Below are positions 8,129 to 16,483 of a stretch of 63,323 bases of DNA, piece after piece. This stretch comes from a virus (Duplodnaviria; Caudoviricetes): positions 1 through 63,323 of IMG/VR virus record IMGVR_UViG_3300023284_000199; one strand, given 5' to 3'. The notes beneath the pieces are model-generated. The model ran no database searches, was not told where the DNA came from, and worked only from the letters and a program-made list of their open reading frames with translations. A program made the position numbers and the translations under genes. The number at the start of each line of letters is the position of its first letter. The first letter of the stretch is position 1.

Positions 8129-8229
8129 GAACAGAACAGGAACAAAGCATGAACAGATGAGAACGAATGAGAACAAACCATGAACAAAACGGGAACAAAA
8201 GGTGAACATAAGGAGAACAAACCCAGAAC
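8129..8229 (-). promoter_or_regulatory. LexA-box array 4: chained GAAC-N7-GAAC, 7 boxes
   Basis: GAAC at 8129, 8140, 8151, 8161, 8171, 8182, 8193, 8204, 8215, 8226 with variable spacers. Confidence 0.75.
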
Positions 8230-8542
8230 ACGACGATGGGGGGCCTATGGCTTTCTGAAACTAGAGCTTTTTTATTTTTTATAACCTTTTTGACAGCGGC
8301 GGCATGTGTGATTTTTATAACACAAAACACAGCTTTTTTCATGTTTTGAAACTATTTTCGCAATGGGAAATAAAAGCGAAATTTTTTATAGTTAATTCCC
8401 ATAGTAGAAAGAATCGTTTCATATTTTTTGAAATGATTCAAACAGGCTATAACCTTTATATTATAATTTTAAAACAGGCGATAACCTTCATGTTATTTTT
8501 AAGGGACAGTAGGGGCAGCTTGCCTGCACGCATGTTTTGACA

Positions 8543-8571
8543 TTGACGCCAATCACTTTTTAATGTATAGT
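8543..8571 (+). promoter_or_regulatory. sigma70-like promoter preceded by a GGGCAGCTT motif
   Basis: TTGACG-17nt-TATAGT; motif copy at 8513-8536. Confidence 0.6.
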
Positions 8572-8600
8572 AAATGTTTTTCGAAATGTGAGGTGACAAT

Positions 8601-8906
8601 ATGAAATTACTGGAATTGTGTATAAGGCGTGAAGATAATATCGGTATCAAAGATGCTCCTATTCGGGTTAAGGCTAAATTAAGTGTCAATGACATGGATG
8701 AAGTCAATATAATTATGGAGAATATTTTAGAAGATCGGAAAAAAGCGGTAATACATTTAATGTTGCAAACTGTACCAGAATTGGGAGGTTTATTACCTTT
8801 ACATGTGATTCGAAGTCCAGACACGCCTATAGTTTTGGAATTGATTACACCCGATCCTACCAAAGGTTTTGATCTTGTGGTAAGTTTTTGGATGACTCAC
8901 CTATAA
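8601..8906 (+). CDS. hypothetical protein
   Basis: 101 aa; GAGGTG SD. Confidence 0.65.
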   Translation: MKLLELCIRREDNIGIKDAPIRVKAKLSVNDMDEVNIIMENILEDRKKAVIHLMLQTVPELGGLLPLHVIRSPDTPIVLELITPDPTKGFDLVVSFWMTHL

Positions 8907-8912
8907 TTTTCC

Positions 8913-8941
8913 TTGACAAACGAGTCCGAAGTCTCTATATA
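8913..8941 (+). promoter_or_regulatory. sigma70-like promoter
   Basis: TTGACA-17nt-TATATA, with GAGTC in the spacer. Confidence 0.6.
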
Positions 8942-8964
8942 AGGGGAGAATATAGAGAGAACAG

Positions 8965-9204
8965 ATGATGGAAGTTGAATACACGCTCGAAACAAAAGAC
9001 GGAAATAAGTGGTCCTGCTATATTTCAGTGGATATCTGTAAGTTGAAATCTCGTAGAAAAGCTATGGATATGGTTGTGGAAGCTAAGAAACGAATAGATG
9101 AAGTACCAGAACTTAGAGAAAAAATAGCAAAACTGGAATTTCAAGTTGCATATTTGGAAAGTGAGTTAATAGGTTATGGTGCATGGACAGGGGATGACGA
9201 ATGA
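8965..9204 (+). CDS. hypothetical protein
   Basis: 79 aa; first gene of a translationally coupled series. Confidence 0.65.
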   Translation: MMEVEYTLETKDGNKWSCYISVDICKLKSRRKAMDMVVEAKKRIDEVPELREKIAKLEFQVAYLESELIGYGAWTGDDE

Positions 9205-9476
9205 AACGTAATTATATCTATGTGGACACGAATTATTGGGATTGGTTGGCTTTCGATCCTACTCTGCACGTCACTTTCAATGGAGTTCTTATTTGTGAAG
9301 GCGAAATATCGGCCCCGAATAATGATCTTCCATTTTCATACGTGACTGCGGCTTCTCAAGCTATGGGGTGGGTAGATGCATATGTGGAGACTGATGGACC
9401 ACCAGTGTTAAGAACAGAACGATACTACGGAAAAGTGGAAATTTGGACCGAAGGTGAAACCTTGGAGGATTTATAA
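9201..9476 (+). CDS. hypothetical protein
   Basis: 91 aa; ATGA overlap. Confidence 0.65.
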   Translation: MKRNYIYVDTNYWDWLAFDPTLHVTFNGVLICEGEISAPNNDLPFSYVTAASQAMGWVDAYVETDGPPVLRTERYYGKVEIWTEGETLEDL

Positions 9477-9850
9477 TGAATACTAGTGGATTTCATAAAC
9501 TTTTACCTGATGGGTGGTTTGAATATAAGGATTATGATGATCGAAAGCAGGAAACTGTTTTAGAGTTAGTTGCGCAAGTCAAGAATGAGCGTGCCCAAAG
9601 TACCAGAATTCAACAAAATTTGCAGGCAGCTTGGGGGCAAATTCTTATATATTGCAATGAGATACGTAAGCTAAATAAAGCTATCTTGCGCAAGAACAAG
9701 AAAATTGCGCGAATGAGCTACAAGATGAATACTATGGAGGAAAGTAGAGACACTGCTATTGACCTTCTTACTGATCTACAGACTGAAAACCAAATATTAA
9801 GAGACAATGTACCTGGGCCACGAAGAACAGTAAATTGGTATCGATATTGA
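9476..9850 (+). CDS. coiled-coil hypothetical protein
   Basis: 124 aa; GGAGG SD; TAATG overlap. Confidence 0.7.
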   Translation: MNTSGFHKLLPDGWFEYKDYDDRKQETVLELVAQVKNERAQSTRIQQNLQAAWGQILIYCNEIRKLNKAILRKNKKIARMSYKMNTMEESRDTAIDLLTDLQTENQILRDNVPGPRRTVNWYRY

Positions 9851-9863
9851 AAGGAGAACCACA

Positions 9864-10217
9864 ATGAAGGAAGTTAAAGTAAAACGACACGAGCTTTTAA
9901 AAACTCTGGTTACGAATCGAGATTGTCACGCAGTCGAATACACCGAAGCTATGATGGGGTATCGCAGGGCTGTTGAGAAAATCCTTAAAACCACCTTGGA
10001 AGCTTGGGCACGAGGGCATAATCCTGATCTATATAAGGCTCGTGCATTGACGGAACCTGTTAGCCATCAGCAAGAATATGAAACAGTTATTCAAATGATG
10101 GAAATGGCGGTTGATTCTGTAGTTGTTTTGGATTTTAAGGATTTCCAACAGTATGTGATGGATGAATGGGAATGGACTGATAGCTTTAAATTGAGTAGCA
10201 GCACATACAAACGGTAA
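9864..10217 (+). CDS. conserved phage hypothetical protein
   Basis: 117 aa; AAGGAG SD; PVSH..EY..VIQMMEM...FQQYVMDEWEW pattern. Confidence 0.75.
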   Translation: MKEVKVKRHELLKTLVTNRDCHAVEYTEAMMGYRRAVEKILKTTLEAWARGHNPDLYKARALTEPVSHQQEYETVIQMMEMAVDSVVVLDFKDFQQYVMDEWEWTDSFKLSSSTYKR

Positions 10218-10576
10218 TGCCAACAAAAGCTGATTTAGAAGCAACTATTGCGACGTTAGAATGGGAGGTTGGGTATCTCAAAGAGGAATTTTATGAATTA
10301 GAACAGAAGGTTCGTCATAGAGTTGCTTTCCCACCACCACAAAATCCTATCATTACATCTTGGCGTAATGATGAAAGTATGATACAAGAATTTCGCATGG
10401 AATCTGTAGGTTTTCATTTTCGTGTGGCTGATGTGATGTCTATGCAATTAGCTATGGATTTTCCTCAGTTTGTTATCGAACAGGCGGGTGATAGTTGGAG
10501 ACAAACAGGAAGAGTGGTTGCACGGAAATTTGTTGAAGATGTTATGGAACGCTGTAATGGGGAATTTAAGATTTGA
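10217..10576 (+). CDS. hypothetical protein
   Basis: 119 aa; TAATG overlap. Confidence 0.65.
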   Translation: MPTKADLEATIATLEWEVGYLKEEFYELEQKVRHRVAFPPPQNPIITSWRNDESMIQEFRMESVGFHFRVADVMSMQLAMDFPQFVIEQAGDSWRQTGRVVARKFVEDVMERCNGEFKI

Positions 10577-10582
10577 TAAGGG

Positions 10583-10683
10583 TTGACGCTCTCGTGTCTA
10601 TGTGTAACATAGATATTGTCATCGTCTACTCCTTAGACCGGTCCCAACAGCGAGATACTGTAAGGTCGGTCTTTTTCTTTTTT
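10583..10683 (+). ncRNA. candidate small RNA (promoter, anti-SD leader, terminator)
   Basis: TTGACG-16-TAACAT, then TGTCATCGTCTACTCCTT, then AGACCG..CGGTCT hairpin with long U-tract; no ORF on this strand. Confidence 0.45.
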
Positions 10684-11061
10684 CGGACATGAAAAAATTG
10701 ATAGATTACAAGAACTTGCGTCTCAGCTTAGAGAAACAGCTAGAGCTATAGAACACGTTTCTAATATCATATATACTGGTCAAGGTATTGATTCTACCGT
10801 TTTAGAAATGTTGAATGCAGAGCTAGAAGGTCATTTCAATGGAGCCATATTAGAAACTGATTGTATGTACCTAAAAGTCAAATCATGGATGGTGGGGGAA
10901 GATGGTACGTATTGAATATCCTGAAGCCAAATTGATTCAAGCAAACGATATTTCTTTAGAGAAGCCTTATTACATAGAATGTAGCTGTGAAGGGGCTGAC
11001 GTGTGTCCGCAAGGGCATATAGGTATGATGATGCACTGTTTTATCTTGGTGAAATCTAAAA

Positions 11062-11349
11062 ATGAATAGAGAAAACATACATGACGTTCCTATAAAAACG
11101 TGGAATCGGTGGTCAGTACTTTCTAAAGAATTATTCAATGCTGTATACGAAGATATACTACAATTGGGACCGGAATTATTTTTTGGTTCTGAATTTGACT
11201 ATGCTCCCTATACTGAATATCAGTTTAATATTATTGCCTGGAATGCTGCTTTTATAGCTGCTGAGCGAAGGGCTAGACCTAACGAGAGAACTGATGTAAG
11301 ATTAATTGATGAATTGGAAGAAGATTGGCGAAATGAGAGGGTTCAGTGA
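11062..11349 (+). CDS. hypothetical protein
   Basis: 95 aa; ..W..WS..SKELFN.VYE...IAWNAAFIAA pattern. Confidence 0.65.
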   Translation: MNRENIHDVPIKTWNRWSVLSKELFNAVYEDILQLGPELFFGSEFDYAPYTEYQFNIIAWNAAFIAAERRARPNERTDVRLIDELEEDWRNERVQ

Positions 11350-11597
11350 TGAAATATGAATTGGGATTTATAATTAGTGGTCCTATAGTGCCGTTTAGTG
11401 GCGATGGTGGGAGTGCAACATGATGGATAAATCTAAAGAACCCGGTGGCGGTGGTACAGGTCCATACAATGCCAGAGATTTACCTCCTTTCGATTGGTAT
11501 GAAGGTTACGGAAGATAATATGCCGAATCATGTAAAACCCGTAAAAGGTAAGAAAAAAGGTTCAAAGAAAGTAAAAGCCAAGTAGTTTAGGAAAACG

Positions 11598-13169
11598 ATG
11601 AATGAGAGTAGACAACCGGGAGACATTCTTGAGCGTAAGCTTGTAGCTGAAAGTGAAGAAGGTCGTGCTGAGTGGTTGTTAACCGTTGAAGAAGACGGTA
11701 CTACAATGTGGCACCCATATTATTTTGACAGTAATGGTGATGTAATTTACGAGCCTGTATGGATGCCACTTCCGGGTTCGCAGTTTCTATTCCTAGAGTG
11801 CCCTGTCTTCGAAGCCATATATGAAGGTACTCGTGGTCCCGGTAAAACCCTTACACTACTCATGGACTTTGCTAGAGAGGTAGGCAAGGGTTACGGCTCT
11901 GCATGGCGTGGAATTATGTTTAGACGCCAATTCGGTGATCTTGATGATGTTGTCAGAAAAATTGAAGAGTGGTTTCCTGTTTTATTCCCTGGATTCCGGT
12001 TTCTGAAATCGAAATCCGAGTACATGGCTATTTGGCCAACGGGAGAAGCCCTTTTATTACGTCACTTAGACAAACCTGAAGATTACGACGAATATCACGG
12101 TCACGAATACCCTTGGATCGGCTTTGAGGAACTTACACAGTGGGAAGACGATGTTGCCTATAAGCTGATGTTCTCTTGCTGTCGTCCTCCTAGACAAGGT
12201 ATCCCTACTAGAATTAGGTCCACTACAAATCCATATGGTGTTGGACATAATTGGGTAAAGCGTCGTTTCAAACTTCCATATCATCGCGGAAAAGTTATTG
12301 ATATTCCTGGCGAAATGCCTAGAGTAGCTATTCATGGTACGCTCGCTGAGAATTTTCTGTTATTGCACGCTCAACCTGAATATCCTACAATCATTCATAA
12401 TGCTGCACGAAATGTTGCTCAAGCATTAGCTTGGTTGGAAGGTGATTGGGAAGTTACAGCGGGAGGTATGTTTGACGACATTTGGAACAGTGATGTTCAT
12501 ATTATTGATAACATTGATTTGGCTGATGTACCTTTCGGATGGACATTGACTAGAGCTTATGATCATGGACAAAGCCATCCTTTCTCTGTGGGATGGTTTC
12601 TTGAATCTAACGGTGAACCTTTAAAACTACCTAATGGGAGGATCATTGGGAATGTTAGGGGTGATTTGATTATGTTTATGGAATGGTATGGCACAACGGG
12701 AAATACCAATGAAGGTTTACGTATGTCTTCTAAACGTATTGCCCAAGGTATACTTGATAGAGAGTTAGATGAAGGTGTGGGGGCTTTGAAATTGATTATA
12801 CCCGGTCCCGCCGATACTGAAATATTCAATAAAATGTCTGATAGACAGAATAAATCCCCGGCAGACGACATGGAAGATGTTGGTGTGCTGTGGGAGCGTG
12901 CGGATAAGTCTGCGGGAAGTAGACACAGAGGATGGGAAATAGTGCGAGAATACTTAAATGGGGCTATCCCTAATCCTGATGGAACTCGTGAACATGCCGG
13001 ATTATTTATATGTCAAAGATGTAAATGGTGGCTCGATTTAGTGCCACAATCACCAAGAGCAGATGATGATCCTGATGACATTCCGAAGAAGTCTGAAGAC
13101 CACGCAGCGGATATGACTCGATATAGATGCTCTTGGGATATACCTGGGATGTTTCGCAGAAGTTTTTAA
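11598..13169 (+). CDS. terL: terminase large subunit
   Basis: Walker A GTRGPGKT, Walker B IGFEELTQW, TTNP coupling motif, nuclease motifs RAYDHG and EDHAADMTRY. Confidence 0.95.
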   Translation: MNESRQPGDILERKLVAESEEGRAEWLLTVEEDGTTMWHPYYFDSNGDVIYEPVWMPLPGSQFLFLECPVFEAIYEGTRGPGKTLTLLMDFAREVGKGYGSAWRGIMFRRQFGDLDDVVRKIEEWFPVLFPGFRFLKSKSEYMAIWPTGEALLLRHLDKPEDYDEYHGHEYPWIGFEELTQWEDDVAYKLMFSCCRPPRQGIPTRIRSTTNPYGVGHNWVKRRFKLPYHRGKVIDIPGEMPRVAIHGTLAENFLLLHAQPEYPTIIHNAARNVAQALAWLEGDWEVTAGGMFDDIWNSDVHIIDNIDLADVPFGWTLTRAYDHGQSHPFSVGWFLESNGEPLKLPNGRIIGNVRGDLIMFMEWYGTTGNTNEGLRMSSKRIAQGILDRELDEGVGALKLIIPGPADTEIFNKMSDRQNKSPADDMEDVGVLWERADKSAGSRHRGWEIVREYLNGAIPNPDGTREHAGLFICQRCKWWLDLVPQSPRADDDPDDIPKKSEDHAADMTRYRCSWDIPGMFRRSF

Positions 13170-13212
13170 TGTGTTAGATTATAGTTTAGCTGTGTTATCG
13201 GGAGATTGACAA

Positions 13213-15156
13213 TTGGTACACGAAAAAGACCCTAAAAGTCCTGAAACAACTTCTGTAGCATATGATGCTATGGTTGATAAGTGGGATATGATTGAAAAAC
13301 TATTAGGTGGTACTGCCGCACTTCGTAAGTCGGGCCAAGCGTATTTGCCTAGACACGAAGAAGAATCCAGTTCGGGTTATGAAGAACGTTTGAATAAAGC
13401 TACTTTGTTTAATATGTTGGAACTAACATTGAATTCTTTGGTAGGTAAACCGTTTTCAGAACCGTTAAAACTCAATGAAGACATTCCAGAACCTATCATG
13501 AACCTTACAAACGATATTGATCTTCAAGGTAATGAAATAAGTATATTTTGTCGTAACTGGTTTAAAACTGGTATAGCTAAAGCCTTTGCTCATGTATTGA
13601 TAGATTTTCCTACCCTTACTGATGAAGAGAAGTCTACAAGAAGCAAGGCAGATGACTTACAAGAGAATAGACGCCCTTATTGGGTATTGGTAAATCCTGA
13701 AAATGTTATTTTTGCTTATTCAGAGATAGAAAACGGTGCAGAAGTTCTAAAACATATAAGAATCAGGGAAATTGTCACTATTAAAGAAGGATTCGCTGAA
13801 ATATTCGTTGAACGTATCAGAGTCTTGGAACCTGGGACTTTTGAAATTTTTGAGAAGAGAAAAGACAAGAAAACCGGTAAAATCAAGTGGGTTAGTATCG
13901 AAGAAGGTACAACTGGCTTAGATATTATACCTTTGGTCACTTTTTATGCGGATCGTCAAGATTTGATGTTTGGTAAACCTCCTTTGGAAGATTTAGCCTT
14001 TTTAAACATACGTCATTGGCAGAGTACGTCTGATTTGATCAATATCTTGACTGTTGCCAGTTTTCCAATGCTTGCTGTTGCGGGAGCCACGGATGTAACC
14101 GGAAACACTATGGCTATCGGTCCAAGGCAGCTTCTAGGCACGAAAGACCCGAATGGTAGGTTCTATTACGTGGAACACACTGGTAGAGCTATTTCAGCCC
14201 TCAGAGAGGATTTAAAAGACGTTGAACAGATGATGGCTAGTTATGGAGCCGAATTCCTTAGACGTAAGCCCGGTGCCCAAACTGCTACGGAAAGAGCCTT
14301 GGATTCTTCGGAATCTATGAGTGATTTGAAAGATGCGACTCTTAGATTTGAAGATGTTATCAATAATGCTCTAGCCATCACTGCTATGTGGATGAAACTT
14401 GAAAGTGGCGGAACTGTTGAAATAAACACTGATTTTGATAATAGTAACGTGGATGAAGCCACTTTACGCAGTTTGTTGGAATCTCGTGCTAACGGTGATC
14501 TTTCTAGAGAAGATTTCTTGGCAGAATTGCAAAGATACGGAATTTTGTCTGATGACTTCGATTCTAAAACAAATCTTATGAGATTGTTGATGGAAGTCGC
14601 AACAATGGGATTAGACGTAAAGACAAAACATTCTGGAGTCATGATAAGCGACCGAAAAAAGGACATTTTTCTTGAAACGCTCGCTTCAACTGGTCAAGTC
14701 CAAATATCTGCCAATGTTGCGGGATATGCAGATACAAGTCACCTTCAACGTGTCAGAAGAACAGATGACAAGTTTGCAGAGCGTTGGGAACAAGCTTTGG
14801 AAGCTGCTGCTGATATACTTGAAGATGAAGCGCAAAGACGTGCGGTAGCCGGTGTTTATGAAGATATTTACTACAAAGGTGAAGTTGTAGGTTCTCAGAT
14901 TAAATACAGTGACCAACTGTTAATGTTTCTATTAAGAGGTGCTAAGCCCGGTAAGTACCGTGAAAGTATTAGAATTGATGCGACGCTCAAAGGTAAAGTT
15001 GGTGTGGCTGTTTTGCCTATGACTGCTATTAATACAGACCTTTGGGAACAATCAGCAGCAGCAGTGCATGAAGCACAAAAGAAAACACCCCCACTTATAG
15101 ATTTAGAGCCGGGACAGTATGAAGATGTAACTCCTACTGAGATAGTGAGAAAATAA
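13213..15156 (+). CDS. portal protein (DUF4055 type) fused to a C-terminal terminase-small-subunit-like domain
   Basis: aa 1-~460: LLGGT..YLP..EE...Y..RL..A, KPPLEDLAFLNIRHWQSTSD portal motifs; aa ~465-647: FLETLASTGQV..FAERWEQALE..LEDEAQRRAV.G..KYSDQLLMFLLRGAKPGKYRE. Confidence 0.88.
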   Translation: MVHEKDPKSPETTSVAYDAMVDKWDMIEKLLGGTAALRKSGQAYLPRHEEESSSGYEERLNKATLFNMLELTLNSLVGKPFSEPLKLNEDIPEPIMNLTNDIDLQGNEISIFCRNWFKTGIAKAFAHVLIDFPTLTDEEKSTRSKADDLQENRRPYWVLVNPENVIFAYSEIENGAEVLKHIRIREIVTIKEGFAEIFVERIRVLEPGTFEIFEKRKDKKTGKIKWVSIEEGTTGLDIIPLVTFYADRQDLMFGKPPLEDLAFLNIRHWQSTSDLINILTVASFPMLAVAGATDVTGNTMAIGPRQLLGTKDPNGRFYYVEHTGRAISALREDLKDVEQMMASYGAEFLRRKPGAQTATERALDSSESMSDLKDATLRFEDVINNALAITAMWMKLESGGTVEINTDFDNSNVDEATLRSLLESRANGDLSREDFLAELQRYGILSDDFDSKTNLMRLLMEVATMGLDVKTKHSGVMISDRKKDIFLETLASTGQVQISANVAGYADTSHLQRVRRTDDKFAERWEQALEAAADILEDEAQRRAVAGVYEDIYYKGEVVGSQIKYSDQLLMFLLRGAKPGKYRESIRIDATLKGKVGVAVLPMTAINTDLWEQSAAAVHEAQKKTPPLIDLEPGQYEDVTPTEIVRK

Positions 15157-15365
15157 TGGCTCATATAAAAGTAATTTCAGCTTGGCAGACTAATTTTCTA
15201 CGTCAAGTGCAGCAAGGGCATCATGTGACTATCGCGGCAAAGAAAGCTGGAGTCGGACTTGAAAAACTATATCATACAAGAACCATTGATATAGAATTTG
15301 CAAGAAAGTGGGAAGATACTAAAAAAGAAGCGAATGAAAGAATAGGGAAAACAGTTGCGTGGTAA
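15156..15365 (+). CDS. small HTH protein paralogous to the TerS-like N-terminal domain
   Basis: WQTNFLRQVQQGHHVTIAAKKAGVG...LY..R..D.EFARKWED. Confidence 0.65.
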   Translation: MAHIKVISAWQTNFLRQVQQGHHVTIAAKKAGVGLEKLYHTRTIDIEFARKWEDTKKEANERIGKTVAW

Positions 15366-15456
15366 ACGTTTAGGTTGACATATCACACATTTTAGTCAAT
15401 ACTTATGTTTACTCGCTAGTGGGATACTAGTTTAAAAGGTGACAAGGAGAAGACAG

Positions 15457-16272
15457 ATGGAATTCGATTTTAGTAAACACATGACTGGTGTTGCGTCTTT
15501 GGATGTGATACCCGACGCTTATAAAGGTCTGTACGAAGAACAAGCAGACAACACTTTCTCTGTTGCAGATTCGGCAAAAGGTATTGTTGACGCATACGTG
15601 GGTCAAACAGGTGCTTTAACTACAGTACGTGGTGATCTTACCAAATCTAACGATGAAAGTGCCGGAAGACGTATCAAACTTTCAGATTATTCAACTCTGC
15701 TTACTGAGTTGGGAGTTAATGTTCCTGACGGTGAAGAAGCTACTGCTGTTTTAAAAGCTTTCATTACTGAATTGACCACACAAGTTGCAGGCGGAAAAGA
15801 AATTCAGATTAATCTGGATAAAATTAAAGCTGACGCAGACAAGCGTGTTCAAGAAGCTGTAACTAAAGGCAACGAAAAAGAACAGTTTATGCAATCAGCT
15901 TTGAGCAGACACATGGTTGGTGAAGTGGCTACAGCTGCTTTGGCTAAACTAGAAGGTAGTGTTGATCTTCTAATGCCTCATGTGAAAGAACACTGTAAAG
16001 TTATTCAGGATGGTGAAACATTTGTAGTCCGTGTTGTAGATACAGCCGGGGATGCGCGTAGTAACGGTTCTGGTGGTTGGATGACTGTTGCTGATCTAGT
16101 TACGGAAATGAAAACAGATACGAAATTTGCTCTCGCTTTTAAGAGTGAAGAACTGTCTGGTAGCGGTACAGTACCGGGTTCTACAACTAAGCCTGTAGTT
16201 AAAAAACAGTCTGAAATGTCTGCTACAGATAAGATTTCAGACGGACTTAAAAAAGGTCAACACAAAACATAA
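15457..16272 (+). CDS. capsid scaffolding protein
   Basis: Lies before the MCP; IPDAYKGLYEE N-terminus, coiled coil, ..MSATDKISDGL C-terminus; AAGGAG SD favours ATG 15457; TTGACA at 15375. Confidence 0.8.
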   Translation: MEFDFSKHMTGVASLDVIPDAYKGLYEEQADNTFSVADSAKGIVDAYVGQTGALTTVRGDLTKSNDESAGRRIKLSDYSTLLTELGVNVPDGEEATAVLKAFITELTTQVAGGKEIQINLDKIKADADKRVQEAVTKGNEKEQFMQSALSRHMVGEVATAALAKLEGSVDLLMPHVKEHCKVIQDGETFVVRVVDTAGDARSNGSGGWMTVADLVTEMKTDTKFALAFKSEELSGSGTVPGSTTKPVVKKQSEMSATDKISDGLKKGQHKT

Positions 16273-16283
16273 TTGAAAAAAGG

Positions 16284-16483
16284 TTGACAGTTATTAATTT
16301 TTGTTTCAAAATATGTATTGTAAAGGTATATCGAAATTTTGACGTGATGTTGCAATATTCGATTTGAGGAAATTCCGCTCTCTAAGGGTGATCCAGTGAG
16401 AGGCTACTGCAAAGATAACGTGAAGTTATGCCTCGTTGCCAACTTTGGATTAACTTATTTACCCTATTGAGGGAGAGGATATA
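16284..16483 (+). promoter_or_regulatory. promoter and structured 5' leader of the capsid gene
   Basis: TTGACA-17-CAAAAT; three hairpins capped by GTGAN loops (16341-16351, 16386-16394, 16415-16429). Confidence 0.5.

Larger units (their letters stand above)
7902..8324. promoter_or_regulatory. cluster of TGTGA-N8-TCACA-like 18-bp palindromes and TGATATATCA palindromes
   Basis: 18-bp copies or variants at 7902, 8016, 8046 (perfect), 8109 and 8307; TGATATATCA at 8005 and 8090. Confidence 0.6.

Noticed and set aside
8129-8229. Gram-positive LexA (Cheo) box GAAC-N4-GTTC
   Set aside because: The repeats are direct with an 11-nt period, matching the alphaproteobacterial box instead
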